A program made the position numbers and the translations under genes. The notes under the pieces were generated by a model. It searched no databases and had not been told where the DNA came from. It saw only the letters and a program-made list of their open reading frames with translations. DNA of 64,000 bases from a virus: the IMG/VR virus record IMGVR_UViG_3300044695_008209, positions 118,778 through 182,777 of that record, one strand, 5' to 3'. This document shows positions 19,961-29,477 of this stretch, piece by piece (position 1 is the stretch's first letter; every line of letters begins with the position of its first letter).

Positions 19961-20024
19961 GAACTCCCGTGCGCGTGTCCGAGAAAGGGTATATTCGGAC
20001 GTACAGGTGACAAGGTAACCCGAG

Positions 20025-20939
20025 ATGACCCACTTCATCGAAGTGACCGAGCACTCCCTGCGGGACTTGTCCCGGCGGGCGACCACGCTCTATCTCAGCC
20101 CGGGCTCTGCTACGCCTTGCTCTCCGACGGAGGCCGTCATCAAGGTCGCGTCCGCCTTCACGGATGCGCCTCTCACGAGCGAGCACGTTCGCCGCATCTG
20201 CGAGATGACCTACCACGACATCTTCGAGCAGTCCTTCCGTGGGAGCGCCGGGCCCGACCGCATGGTCTCGTTCGATCCCCCCGATGCAGAGAAGGTCGCG
20301 TCCGCTATCCGGGCGCGGCGCCTCGACTCGTTCAGCGCGAAGGTGGCGAGTGCCCCCCGCGCAGGAGGCACCACGATGGACAAGAACGCTGATGCTCTGG
20401 CCGGACGCGCGCCGCCGGTACAGAACGCGTTCAGCGCGGCCATGCGTGCTGTCGCCCCCGACCGCTCTGGGATGAAGAAGGAGGCCCGCGCCTCGCTTCA
20501 TCACACGCGTGTCCAGTTGAAGGAGGCGGAGACCGCCCTTCGTGTCGACCTGGCAACCGCTGTCGGCTCGGAGAAGGTGGCCTTCCTGGACCTCCTCAAC
20601 GGCGCAGTACACGCCGTCCACCAGGGCGTGCCGGCGATGGCAGTGGTCACCGCGTGCCTCGAGTTCGCCAAGTCTGCAGGAGCTGAGGACGACCTCGTGC
20701 TCGAGGGTCTCGCCACGGACCTGCTGCGCGGGTTCGCCCGACGCGGCGTCGCCCTCAGCGGTGAGAAGGTCGCGAGCCTGAACGGGCTGTTCGTCAACGA
20801 GCGGCACCCCCTTCGCTCTCAGGTGATCAAGGTGGCGGAGCTTCGCGGCTACCGGATCCACGGAGAGATCGCGCTGCAGGACGTGCGCACCCAGATGCAA
20901 CGTGTCGAGCGGGAGCTGCAGGATGTCCTCTACCAGTAG
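20025..20939 (+). CDS. K-x-A-saturated head protein (core/scaffold-like)
   Basis: 10 of 11 Lys are in K-x-A; first gene of the head operon. Confidence 0.65.
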   Translation: MTHFIEVTEHSLRDLSRRATTLYLSPGSATPCSPTEAVIKVASAFTDAPLTSEHVRRICEMTYHDIFEQSFRGSAGPDRMVSFDPPDAEKVASAIRARRLDSFSAKVASAPRAGGTTMDKNADALAGRAPPVQNAFSAAMRAVAPDRSGMKKEARASLHHTRVQLKEAETALRVDLATAVGSEKVAFLDLLNGAVHAVHQGVPAMAVVTACLEFAKSAGAEDDLVLEGLATDLLRGFARRGVALSGEKVASLNGLFVNERHPLRSQVIKVAELRGYRIHGEIALQDVRTQMQRVERELQDVLYQ

Positions 20940-21207
20940 AGCGCCGTCGGGTCCGCTCACCGAGTGGGCCAAGTCCGCAGGCCTCATCTCCTCGGGGGTG
21001 TCGCTGGCTGGGCGTGGTCTGGCCGCGACGGGCAAGGGTGTCTGGAACGCTGCCGGGCACCTTGCCCCGAACCCGCTGATGCGGGCGGGGCTCATCGGGG
21101 CGAGCACGGTCGCTGTAGGATCCCAGGTCCCGCAGCTTGCCGGGCGGATGTCCCAGGACTACCACTACGCCAACGGCACCGCCCCTACCACCAACCGAGG
21201 ATTCTGA
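20923..21207 (+). CDS. Small cargo-type protein with Gly-rich hydrophobic helices
   Basis: EWAKSAG, then NPLMRAGLIGASTVAVG. Confidence 0.5.
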   Translation: MSSTSRAPSGPLTEWAKSAGLISSGVSLAGRGLAATGKGVWNAAGHLAPNPLMRAGLIGASTVAVGSQVPQLAGRMSQDYHYANGTAPTTNRGF

Positions 21208-22230
21208 ATGGACACCACACTCGTCGAGATCCTGGCTGCGCACGGGTCGGGCCGTATCAGCGCCGAGGGCGCCGCCCGGAGCGTGAAGCTGGCCAGCATG
21301 CTCGGGATGAAGAAGGAGGCCCTGAATCTCCCGCCGTCGGTGATGGCGGCCCTCGGCAAGCTCAACCCCAGCCAGTCGACGCGCGACGCCATGGTCCACG
21401 GGCTCGCGGCCAGCGGTGCGATCGGTGCTGCTGGGATGGGAGTGCACGCGCTCTCTTCCGGTGCTCGCGCGCTGACCGAGAGGTACTCCAAGAAGAAGGA
21501 CCTCGAGAAGATCCTCCAGACCTTCCCGCGTCTGCGGGAGTACCCGCAGGCCGAGATCGACCTCGCGTACAACTCCATCCGGCACATGAACCCTCACATC
21601 GCGAGCGACCCGCTCGCGGGCGGTTCCCTTCTCGGCCAGGTGCTGCGGCAGCGGGACTCGCTGGACCCCAAGACGCTGCGCATGGAGGTCGACCTCGCCG
21701 GGAACCTGCTGCGTCTCCGTCCGGAAGAGCAGCACATCGGCGAGGAGATCATGCGCGACGCCACGAGCGCCGGCATGGCGATGGGCTTCCAGGAGGCTGC
21801 CAAGGCGCGCGACCGCGCGCAGGCGGAGGCCTTCCAGTTCGGAGAGAACCAGAAGAACCGCGACGCCCAGAGTGCGCTGCAGACCCAGCAGCTGCGTGCT
21901 CAGGGCGGCATCGCCCAGGCCAACCTGAACCTCAAGAAAAAGGAGATGGCCAACCGCGTGAAGGAGATGGCCGCTGCGCGCGCCGCCTCTGAACGGGACT
22001 CGAAGACCGAGCACGGCCGTCGAATCTCCCTCGCCGAGCGGATGCAGACCTTCCAGCGGGAGGAGAACGAGAAGGGCCACAACCGGCAGGACGAGCGCCT
22101 CTTCCCGCAGGCAATCCTGCGCGGCGCCGTACTCAACGAGTACATGGACCCGCTGACAGGCCAGTCGATCCCGCCCTCCATCGGGGACGTTCAGCATCTC
22201 TACCCCAGCCTGCGCCGCTTCATGCCCTGA
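21208..22230 (+). CDS. Head-associated protein with K-x-A sites, a hydrophobic helix and a coiled coil
   Basis: VKLAS, KKEAL; GLAASGAIGAAGMGVHAL. Confidence 0.6.
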   Translation: MDTTLVEILAAHGSGRISAEGAARSVKLASMLGMKKEALNLPPSVMAALGKLNPSQSTRDAMVHGLAASGAIGAAGMGVHALSSGARALTERYSKKKDLEKILQTFPRLREYPQAEIDLAYNSIRHMNPHIASDPLAGGSLLGQVLRQRDSLDPKTLRMEVDLAGNLLRLRPEEQHIGEEIMRDATSAGMAMGFQEAAKARDRAQAEAFQFGENQKNRDAQSALQTQQLRAQGGIAQANLNLKKKEMANRVKEMAAARAASERDSKTEHGRRISLAERMQTFQREENEKGHNRQDERLFPQAILRGAVLNEYMDPLTGQSIPPSIGDVQHLYPSLRRFMP

Positions 22231-24143
22231 TGGAGAAGTACTTCCAACTCCACGGGAAGACGGCCGAGGGCCGTCCTCTGATCCACCTGGTCGAGCCGGG
22301 CACCCGGTACGGCCTGGGTGCGTCTGCGGGGTTAGAGAAGGTCGCGGGCGGAGAGCACCTGCCGGAAGTGCTGGAGCTCATCGAGTCTATCCAGCCGCAG
22401 TCCGACCGGCTCTACCTCGTGAACAGCGCGCTGGGTGCGGGGGAGTACGTCGGGTTCAACCTCCGGGGCGACTGGTTCGGCGAGCGCGGCCTCCTCCACA
22501 CGCCACCCGGCTGGGACCGGATCCCTGTGTGGGACGTGGACGCGCGGCGGCGCGCGGCGAGTTCGACCGAGCGCGCTGGCGACTGGGGGATGCTCGCGTG
22601 GGGCTACCCCACGTTCATGAACGCCCACCGGTTCCGCCACCACGTGAACAAGGACCCCGAGAAGGCGTACGGCTACGTCCTCGGTGCGTTCTGGGACGCA
22701 CGCATGCACCGCGTGGTCCTTGTGTCGGAGCTGGTGCGTGAGATGTGCGCGCGCCTGGGGGCCGTCGACCTCTACGACCGGATCGCCGGCGGGGAGTTCC
22801 CGGACACCTCGATGGGCGCGAAGGTCCCGTACGATCGGTGCTCGATCTGCAACCACTACGCGCGCTCACCGGCCGACTATTGCCTGCACGTGCGCCAAGG
22901 CGCATCCCCTCCCTACGGGATGCGGGCGATCCTCGGCGACGGACGCATGTGCGGGGTCTACAACGACTACCCCCGCTTCTTCGACGACTCGTACGTCTTC
23001 ATCGGCGCGGAGCGATCCGCCAAGGTGATGGCCAACATCACCTCGCAGCTGAAGGGCACCCGCGCGTACACGAACCAGCTGTTCCAGCCGGGGGCGAGTC
23101 TCTCGACTCGTGAGGTGACCGCAGACGCTCCTGCCAGTCCGCTCGAGGAACGGAACGAGCGGCTCGGACTGGCCGTGGCAGGAGTCCTCAACTCCCGCGT
23201 TCGCGGTCCGAACGAGAGCCGTGTCAGCGAGGCCATCTCACAAGCGCTGTCGGCGGTGCCCGTCTCGAAGAATGACGCCGAGGCGAAGGCGATGCAGCAC
23301 GCCGAGGAGCTGCTGCGCCGGCGCGCCGCGGTCTCCGACCACACAGTTTCGGAGGACGAGCTCCGCTTCTGGGAGGGCAAGGCGTCGAGAGACCTGAGCG
23401 ATCGCCACAGCGTCACCACGGCCCAGCGGGACCGTGCAGTCGCCATCCTGCGCTCGCGCATGGACCAGATGGGCTCGACGGAGAAGCTCGGAACGCTCGC
23501 GAAGTGGGCCACCATGACGAAGCGGCTACCGGCACCGGACAGCACGCAGTACGCCCTGCTCCGCGACCACGTCGGACGCCTGACACCGGTTCTTCCGCAG
23601 CGCGTGTACGACGAGTGCAGTTCTTCGGTACCGGGCATGTGGCGAGGGCTGTCCGGACTGTCGGCCCTCGGGATCGTCCTTCGCCCCGAAGAGTTCCAGC
23701 AGTGCGCGCTGCGTGGCATGGGGGAGGACGCCCTGTCCGACCACTGCACGTTGGAGGGACTCCGGTTCCAGCCCACCCCGCGCGACCCGTACCATGAGCC
23801 CCGGTGGATTCCACACATCCCCGCCACCGGTGATCTACAGCGACTCGTACAGCTGCTCGGCTCCGTCCTGCAGGGACGCTCGTTTGCTCCGAGTGCGGTG
23901 CACGTACGGATCCTGACACCACCACCGCTCGTGGGTCCTCGATCCGAGCGCGTTGTGGATGAACCGGTCTTGAATCAGGTATCTCAGATGTACAACGACT
24001 ACCGGATGGGGTTGTTGGCGCGAGATGCCGACTGGAGCTATGTGCCTTTGGGTGCTCGTTCCGGTGCCTTCTCTCTCGACAGTAAGACCGCCGCCGCTGC
24101 CGATGCCGTCTCCGCACTTCTTCTTCATCTTGCACACTGGTAG
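22230..24143 (+). CDS. Prohead (maturation) protease, assemblin/HK97-like fold with Zn-finger insertion and long C-terminal extension
   Basis: N..GDWF, HRFRHHVNKDP (His), DTSMGAKV (Ser), CSIC..YCLH, PRFFDDSYV; upstream of the scaffold and capsid genes. Confidence 0.75.
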   Translation: MEKYFQLHGKTAEGRPLIHLVEPGTRYGLGASAGLEKVAGGEHLPEVLELIESIQPQSDRLYLVNSALGAGEYVGFNLRGDWFGERGLLHTPPGWDRIPVWDVDARRRAASSTERAGDWGMLAWGYPTFMNAHRFRHHVNKDPEKAYGYVLGAFWDARMHRVVLVSELVREMCARLGAVDLYDRIAGGEFPDTSMGAKVPYDRCSICNHYARSPADYCLHVRQGASPPYGMRAILGDGRMCGVYNDYPRFFDDSYVFIGAERSAKVMANITSQLKGTRAYTNQLFQPGASLSTREVTADAPASPLEERNERLGLAVAGVLNSRVRGPNESRVSEAISQALSAVPVSKNDAEAKAMQHAEELLRRRAAVSDHTVSEDELRFWEGKASRDLSDRHSVTTAQRDRAVAILRSRMDQMGSTEKLGTLAKWATMTKRLPAPDSTQYALLRDHVGRLTPVLPQRVYDECSSSVPGMWRGLSGLSALGIVLRPEEFQQCALRGMGEDALSDHCTLEGLRFQPTPRDPYHEPRWIPHIPATGDLQRLVQLLGSVLQGRSFAPSAVHVRILTPPPLVGPRSERVVDEPVLNQVSQMYNDYRMGLLARDADWSYVPLGARSGAFSLDSKTAAAADAVSALLLHLAHW

Positions 24144-24222
24144 TCCGCCATCATAGGATAGAGACCTTGGCGGCGACCGGCGAAAAGCCATCCCACCGAA
24201 ACCCTCCTGGAGCTCGAACCGA

Positions 24223-25371
24223 ATGACCACCCTCGCCGACACCCTGGCCCAGCACAACATCAGCGCCGATGACCTGGAGAAGGCCGCGAGCGTGCGCATC
24301 TTCCAGAAGGTCGCGAGCGCCGAGAACATCGACCTCTCGCAGCTCGCGCCGGAGCAGCTCGAGGAGCTCTACGAGCACTTCGAGGCGAACGTCCTCCCGG
24401 CGATCGTCGGTGGTGGCGAGCCCACCACCGAGGCCAAGATCGCCTCGCTGAGCGAGGACGACCTCATCACCCTCTTCGACAAGCAGGCCAGCGCCGAGGG
24501 CCTCGACCTCTCCGGTGCGACCGAGGAGCAGCTCTCCGACGCGTTCGGCTTCTTCCTCGAGAACATCCTCCCGGTCATGGCCGAGAACGGCTTCGAGCCC
24601 GTCACCGCGGAGAAGAGCGCGGAGGTCGAGGAGGCCCAGGCCAAGCTCGCCGAGGCCGACATCCTCGGCCGTCAGATGGCGCGCGGCTACGCCGACGAGC
24701 TGGCCAAGATCGCCGCGACGGACGACCAGGGCAACTACTTCACGCAGGCGGCGAAGTCCAAGATCGTCGACGACGCGGGCAACGCAACGCACACTGGCCG
24801 CATGGGCAAGGTCAAGGACCTCGGGCTCTCGGCGCTGGGCAAGATGCGGCGCAACCCCAAGACCACCGCTGCTCTCGGAGTGGGAGCGCTCGCGGTAGGC
24901 GGAGGGGCGCTCGCACTCCGGAAGCACATGAAGGCCGAAAAAGAGACCACGGCCGGTGTGCAGCTCAGCGTCGAAGACGTGGAGATCCTCAGCCAGCTCG
25001 CCGACATCGGAGACGTGGCCGGGCTACAGAAGGCCGCGAGCCTCATCAAGAACGCGGCCGCGGGTGGCGAGATGGTGCACGTCCCGGGCAAGGGGTCAGC
25101 CCACACCATCAGCAACAAGCTCCGGCAGGGCGGAGAGGTCGCCCGCAAGGCGGTCACCGGCGGCTACGGACGCGGCGTGCAGGCAGCCACGATCGGCGGC
25201 GGCGCCGCTCTCGCCGCGGGCGGCGTTGGAGCCGCTCTCGCGCACCACATGAAGTCGAAGGCCTCCGAGGGGAAGGAGGCCACGGCCGACGCCGTCATCG
25301 ACGTTCTCGTCGAAGAACGGGCCACCGACCTCGCGGCTGAGTGGCTCGTGGCGAACGGCTACGGATCGTAG
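24223..25371 (+). CDS. Scaffold/cargo polyprotein with an internal repeat, K-x-A sites and two hydrophobic helices
   Basis: EKAAS, QKVAS, AKIAS, DKQAS, YADELAKIAA, QKAAS; duplicated ...K.ASAE..DLS....EQL unit. Confidence 0.65.
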   Translation: MTTLADTLAQHNISADDLEKAASVRIFQKVASAENIDLSQLAPEQLEELYEHFEANVLPAIVGGGEPTTEAKIASLSEDDLITLFDKQASAEGLDLSGATEEQLSDAFGFFLENILPVMAENGFEPVTAEKSAEVEEAQAKLAEADILGRQMARGYADELAKIAATDDQGNYFTQAAKSKIVDDAGNATHTGRMGKVKDLGLSALGKMRRNPKTTAALGVGALAVGGGALALRKHMKAEKETTAGVQLSVEDVEILSQLADIGDVAGLQKAASLIKNAAAGGEMVHVPGKGSAHTISNKLRQGGEVARKAVTGGYGRGVQAATIGGGAALAAGGVGAALAHHMKSKASEGKEATADAVIDVLVEERATDLAAEWLVANGYGS

Positions 25372-25376
25372 TGGTG

Positions 25377-25574
25377 ATGTCGCTGCCCCAACTGACGGCA
25401 TTCGTGGACGAGGTCAGCAAGCTCGCTGGCCTCGCATCCCACCCTGCCATCGCGGGGGGCGCGACGAAGAAGCTGCTCAGCGCCACCACTGCTCCGGCGG
25501 TGTCGGGGCTCAAGCAGATCTCCAAGGCCACTTCTCCGGCGGCCCTCACCCCTCCCCCCAACATCTTCGCCTGA
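25377..25574 (+). CDS. Small protein with an F-x-D-E-x-x-K-x-A leader
   Basis: LTAFVDEVSKLAG. Confidence 0.5.
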   Translation: MSLPQLTAFVDEVSKLAGLASHPAIAGGATKKLLSATTAPAVSGLKQISKATSPAALTPPPNIFA

Positions 25575-25581
25575 GGCATCC

Positions 25582-26925
25582 ATGTCGGTCCAATCCATCA
25601 TCGAAGCGGCTCTGAAGAAGGCCCGCACCACGGCCGGGGGATCCGACAAAACGGCCTCGGCCGGCAGCCCGGACCTGATCAAGCTGGCGCACCAGCTGGC
25701 AGACGCCAACGAGTTCATCGCGCTGAGCGCCGCCGACGACGGCACTCCCGAGGGGCAGGTCCGGCGCAGCGTCGTCGAGAACTTCTTCAAGGGCGCCGGC
25801 GGCGAGAAGGTGCCGGGTCCCGCGCAGAGCGAGTCCCCCACGGGCACGCAGGCCGTGCCCCCGCAGTCCGGCGCCAAGAAGATCCTGCCGCTCGGCAAGG
25901 CCAGCGGCAACTCCCCCGCGGAGTCCGGAGCACCCACGGGCACGCAGGCCACCCTGGACCAGACCGGCACCAAGGCGGCGGGCATGACCCTCCTCGACAT
26001 GCTCACCAAGAACGCGGACACGGCGTCCATTCCTGGGCCCAAGCAGAGCGTCGCCGGCGAGAACGCCGCGGCTCCGCCCGCGAAGAACGAGAACTCCAAC
26101 ATCGAGGCCCTCCGCTCGGCCGCCGGCATGGTCGCTCTGACCAAGCGCGAGGCCAAGCTCCCGACCCGCGAGCGTCTGAAGAAGCTCTTCGCGCACGCCG
26201 GTGACACGGGCCCCTCCAGCGCCGCAGCCCAGGCTGCGTTCCCCAACGCCTACGCCAAAGGCGGGATGAAGGTGGCGGCGATCGCCTTCACGGACGCCGG
26301 TCACGAGTACGAGCGCGCAACGGCGCGCGCGGAGTCCAATGCCCGCAGCCGCGCGATCAACGCGGACCGGGAATACTCCCGCGAGCAGCCCCTTCTCGGG
26401 CACCTCCAGGGCGTAGGGATGAGCGAGATCGGCCACCGTCTCGCGGCACGGCATGCCGAATACCGGGAGCGCAAGCACGGCGACAAGCGCCAGTCGTTGA
26501 ACCCGTTCGGCGGCTTCCTCACCAAGACCAAGGCCGAACAAGCCGAGAAGAAGGAGGCGTCCATCGCCTTCACGGACGCCGGGCACAGGCGCAACGCCGA
26601 GTACGGACGTGCCATCGAGGAGGCGCACACGGGTCACCGGCACGCGGCTGACACCTACGACAAGGAAATGCCGATTCTCGCCGGCGGTACGGGAACGATC
26701 CATCGCCTCATCGCACGTCACGGCGCGTACCAGGCACGGAAGCACGACGACAAGCGTCAGGCCCTCAACCCGTTCGGCGGCTTCCTCACCAAGACCAAGG
26801 CCGAGGAGGACGAGAAGAAGGCGTCCCTCTACGACTACGCCGAGCTCGCCGAGATCGCCGAGGCCGGTGAGCTCGGTGACGAGGCCCGTGCCATCATCCT
26901 CTTCGCCGAGAGCCTCTCAGTCTGA
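25582..26925 (+). CDS. K-x-A-rich head protein with a tandemly duplicated module
   Basis: DKTAS, IKLAH, MKVAA, KKEAS, EKKAS; two repeats of about 90 aa. Confidence 0.65.
   Translation: MSVQSIIEAALKKARTTAGGSDKTASAGSPDLIKLAHQLADANEFIALSAADDGTPEGQVRRSVVENFFKGAGGEKVPGPAQSESPTGTQAVPPQSGAKKILPLGKASGNSPAESGAPTGTQATLDQTGTKAAGMTLLDMLTKNADTASIPGPKQSVAGENAAAPPAKNENSNIEALRSAAGMVALTKREAKLPTRERLKKLFAHAGDTGPSSAAAQAAFPNAYAKGGMKVAAIAFTDAGHEYERATARAESNARSRAINADREYSREQPLLGHLQGVGMSEIGHRLAARHAEYRERKHGDKRQSLNPFGGFLTKTKAEQAEKKEASIAFTDAGHRRNAEYGRAIEEAHTGHRHAADTYDKEMPILAGGTGTIHRLIARHGAYQARKHDDKRQALNPFGGFLTKTKAEEDEKKASLYDYAELAEIAEAGELGDEARAIILFAESLSV
26272..26826 (+). repeat. Tandem duplicated coding module (about 94 and 90 codons)
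   Basis: Identical atcgccttcacggacgccgg at 26281 and 26563; identical 38-mer at 26500 and 26767. Confidence 0.85.
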
Positions 26926-27158
26926 TGCGCCAGATCCTCGCCAACATCGAGAAGTGTGCGGGTGCGGACGACCCTCGGGCCGCCGCGTTCCGTACACTCT
27001 CTGTGCTCCCCAAGACGGCATCGATCGATGACCGCTCTTCGGAGACGGAAGAGGAAGCCCGAGCACGTCGCGTAGGCGAGTTCCTTCGCCGACGGGCCCC
27101 GAGCGGGCTACTGAACGGTTCAGCATCTCCCACCCCTCCGAAGGACACGACGCCATGA
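26925..27158 (+). CDS. Small hypothetical K-x-A protein
   Basis: Overlaps both neighbours' start/stop codons; EKCAG, PKTAS. Confidence 0.4.
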   Translation: MRQILANIEKCAGADDPRAAAFRTLSVLPKTASIDDRSSETEEEARARRVGEFLRRRAPSGLLNGSASPTPPKDTTP

Positions 27159-27541
27159 GCTCCCACGATATCGACGGTGTTGCTGCCGTTGCGGTCCAGT
27201 CCGCCCGCGCCCTCCGTGAGTTGGCGACCAAGTGCGCCTCTCTGGAGACCGAGAACGTCTCCCTCCGCGAGAAGGTGGCCGGCTACGAGCGCGGGGAGCA
27301 GGTGCGCGTGCTCGCGAAAGAGATGGAGGACCGGGGGCTCTCTCCCGAGCTCAGCATGGACGAGAAGATCGCGTCCATCGCGAAGTACCCGGACCTCGGC
27401 CTGGTGCGCGAATCCATCAAGCTCGCCGGCGGCGGGCGTCTGGACATGGCCCGCGTGGCCGACGAGTCCACGAGCTCCTCGCGGGATGCGGCCTCGGATT
27501 CCTTCACCCAGTTCTGCCTCACCGGGCAGCCTTCTTCCTGA
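27155..27541 (+). CDS. Scaffold-like coiled-coil head protein
   Basis: Coiled coil; 4 of 6 Lys are in K-x-A; directly upstream of the capsid genes. Confidence 0.6.
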   Translation: MSSHDIDGVAAVAVQSARALRELATKCASLETENVSLREKVAGYERGEQVRVLAKEMEDRGLSPELSMDEKIASIAKYPDLGLVRESIKLAGGGRLDMARVADESTSSSRDAASDSFTQFCLTGQPSS

Positions 27542-27559
27542 CCCCTCCACCGCAATCCC

Positions 27560-27588
27560 TTGACCCTGCGTTACAGTAGGGGCAGAAT
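27560..27588 (+). promoter_or_regulatory. Sigma70-like promoter candidate TTGACC-N17-CAGAAT
   Basis: Intergenic, just upstream of the capsid gene pair. Confidence 0.4.
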
Positions 27589-27603
27589 CTCCCCACCGAG
27601 GAA

Positions 27604-28146
27604 ATGAACATGGCCGGCAAGTACGTCACCATCCTGAACCCTGGCTACTCGCAGCTCATCACGAAGGACCTGCCGTACCTGGCCGGCTCGGGGGAGAGCT
27701 CGTCCATCAATCCCTTCAACCCCTCGGACGACCGTCCGCTGGTGGAGGGTGAGTTCCTCGAGCTGGTCGCGTCCGGCACGGCGAACCGCTACACCCGCGG
27801 CGGGAACAACGTGGTCACCACGCCCGACACGCTGGACGGTGAGGGCACGGTTCCCTCGTTCCTGTACTTCCTCGAGGAAGGCCGGTACGACGCGCAGGTC
27901 GCCCAGATGTGCCACGTGATCCGCGGCCCCCTCGGCTTCGAGTTCCGCACCAAGCTGTGCCGGTCGTCCGGCCTCTCGGTCAACTCCAAGGTCTCGGTGT
28001 GGGACTGGGATGGTGGCGGCGCGAGCCCCGGCGCCTACGGCGTCGTCCGCCGCGTGCTCGGTCTCTTCTCCGCCGGCTGGTGCGTGGGCCGCGTCTCGCG
28101 GATCTACGGCACCGACGACATCTCCGTCATCTACGGGCTGCAGTAG
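27604..28146 (+). CDS. Putative capsid cement/decoration protein
   Basis: 180-aa beta-rich ORF immediately before the major capsid gene. Confidence 0.55.
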   Translation: MNMAGKYVTILNPGYSQLITKDLPYLAGSGESSSINPFNPSDDRPLVEGEFLELVASGTANRYTRGGNNVVTTPDTLDGEGTVPSFLYFLEEGRYDAQVAQMCHVIRGPLGFEFRTKLCRSSGLSVNSKVSVWDWDGGGASPGAYGVVRRVLGLFSAGWCVGRVSRIYGTDDISVIYGLQ

Positions 28147-28222
28147 TCTCCTCAGCTACGCGCTGAGGGGCATGCCTCCTACTCCACCCCCCACCAGACC
28201 ACTACTTCTTCTGAGGATCGCC

Positions 28223-29389
28223 ATGAACAGCAGCATCGACGGCACCAGCGCCCGCGACATGAACGCCGGGTTCGTCGAGCGGCTCGACACCGACGGCACC
28301 ACCAAGACCGCGGCCGAGTCGCTCAACTTCATCCGGGACCGCATCCGCGAGGGCAGCTTCACGGACATGATCGTGGCCAACGAGCGCGTCGTGCGTGGCG
28401 ATCTGCAGCGGTCCACCGAGCACGACACCCTCGTGAAGATCGTGGACATCGAGCCCGGTTCGCGGGCGATGGCGTTCACCTTCCGCGGCCAGCCCGACGC
28501 CCAGTACGTCACCGGCAAGCGCTTCGCGATCGGCTTCTTCACCGTCTCGAGCCTCAAGTTCGAGATCGTGGAGCAGGAGCTGATGGCCTACGAGATGCCG
28601 GTCACGCGCATCATCGAGGAGAACTCCCTCAAGGACATGGTCGAGGTCAAGGACCGCACGTTCCTCGTGCACACCGAGACCGCGGTCGAGGCCATGCAGG
28701 AGGAGGCGAACGGTTCCGTGGTCGGCTTCAACACCACCAACGTGAACTCGGGCGCCTGTCTCGAGGTCTCGAAGGTCAAGGGCAGCCTCGCGCTGCAGCA
28801 GGCCTCGGACACCTTCGTGGTCAAGGCGATCCAGCGCCCCGACATCGTCAAGATCAAGCGCCTCCTCAAGCGCGTGATCACCGACGGTTCCGGGAACGTG
28901 GTCCGCCAGGGCCGCCTGCGCCCCGAGGTCATGCTCGCCTGCGAGTCGGACATCGACGAGTTCGACAGCTGGACGCACGAGGACCTGGGCTCCAAGCTCC
29001 AGTCCGAGACCGCGGTCGACGGCTGGGCCTACAACAAGGCCGTCGGCCTTCGCATCGTGAAGACGATCAAGAACGACATCCTCCGCGAGGGGAACATCTA
29101 CGTCTTCACCAGCGCCCAGTACTTCGGGCGGAACTACACGCTGAACGACGTGAAGTTCTACATCGACAAGATCGCCAACCGGATCTTCTGGCAGGCGTGG
29201 ATGGACATCGGCATGGGCATCGCGAACATCGCCTCGGTGGTGAAGCTCGAGCTCTACTCCGGGTCCGTCACCAGCGGTGACACCGACAGCGGCTACGCCG
29301 CGGGCATCCCGGTCGAGATCGAGGACATGGGCGCGGTGAACAACAAGGTCGCCGAGGGCCTCACCTTCCCGCACATCAACCTCTACTGA
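28223..29389 (+). CDS. Major capsid protein (HK97-fold), with KTAA at residues 28-31
   Basis: Size 388 aa, position, E-loop-like LVKIVDIEPGSRAMAFTFRGQP followed by a long spine helix; strong downstream hairpin. Confidence 0.8.
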   Translation: MNSSIDGTSARDMNAGFVERLDTDGTTKTAAESLNFIRDRIREGSFTDMIVANERVVRGDLQRSTEHDTLVKIVDIEPGSRAMAFTFRGQPDAQYVTGKRFAIGFFTVSSLKFEIVEQELMAYEMPVTRIIEENSLKDMVEVKDRTFLVHTETAVEAMQEEANGSVVGFNTTNVNSGACLEVSKVKGSLALQQASDTFVVKAIQRPDIVKIKRLLKRVITDGSGNVVRQGRLRPEVMLACESDIDEFDSWTHEDLGSKLQSETAVDGWAYNKAVGLRIVKTIKNDILREGNIYVFTSAQYFGRNYTLNDVKFYIDKIANRIFWQAWMDIGMGIANIASVVKLELYSGSVTSGDTDSGYAAGIPVEIEDMGAVNNKVAEGLTFPHINLY

Positions 29390-29427
29390 GCCGCCAGGGC
29401 CGACAGGTCCCGGGGCTCTCCCCCTCC

Positions 29428-29459
29428 GTCGGCCCCGATCCTACCCGGTCGGGGCCGAC
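29428..29459 (+). terminator. Hairpin after the major capsid gene
   Basis: gtcggccccgat-N8-gtcggggccgac followed by tcgtttct. Confidence 0.7.
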
Positions 29460-29477
29460 TCGTTTCTGGAGCTGAGC

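Noticed and set aside
18732-21107. 791-aa - strand ORF as one gene
   Set aside because: Only the last 152 codons (from ATG 19190, with an RBS) look coding; the rest is antisense to the + strand head genes or overlaps the HTH gene in another frame.
24152-24157. CATAGG on the + strand upstream of ORF 24223 as the same promoter class
   Set aside because: It is the variant hexamer, lacks the A-rich upstream box, and precedes a late gene; insufficient support.
29160-29360. Internal K-x-A hits in the capsid protein (DKIAN, NKVAE) as cleavage sites
   Set aside because: They lie in the folded HK97 core and are probably not cut. They show the 3-residue motif also occurs by chance, so individual sites need experimental support.
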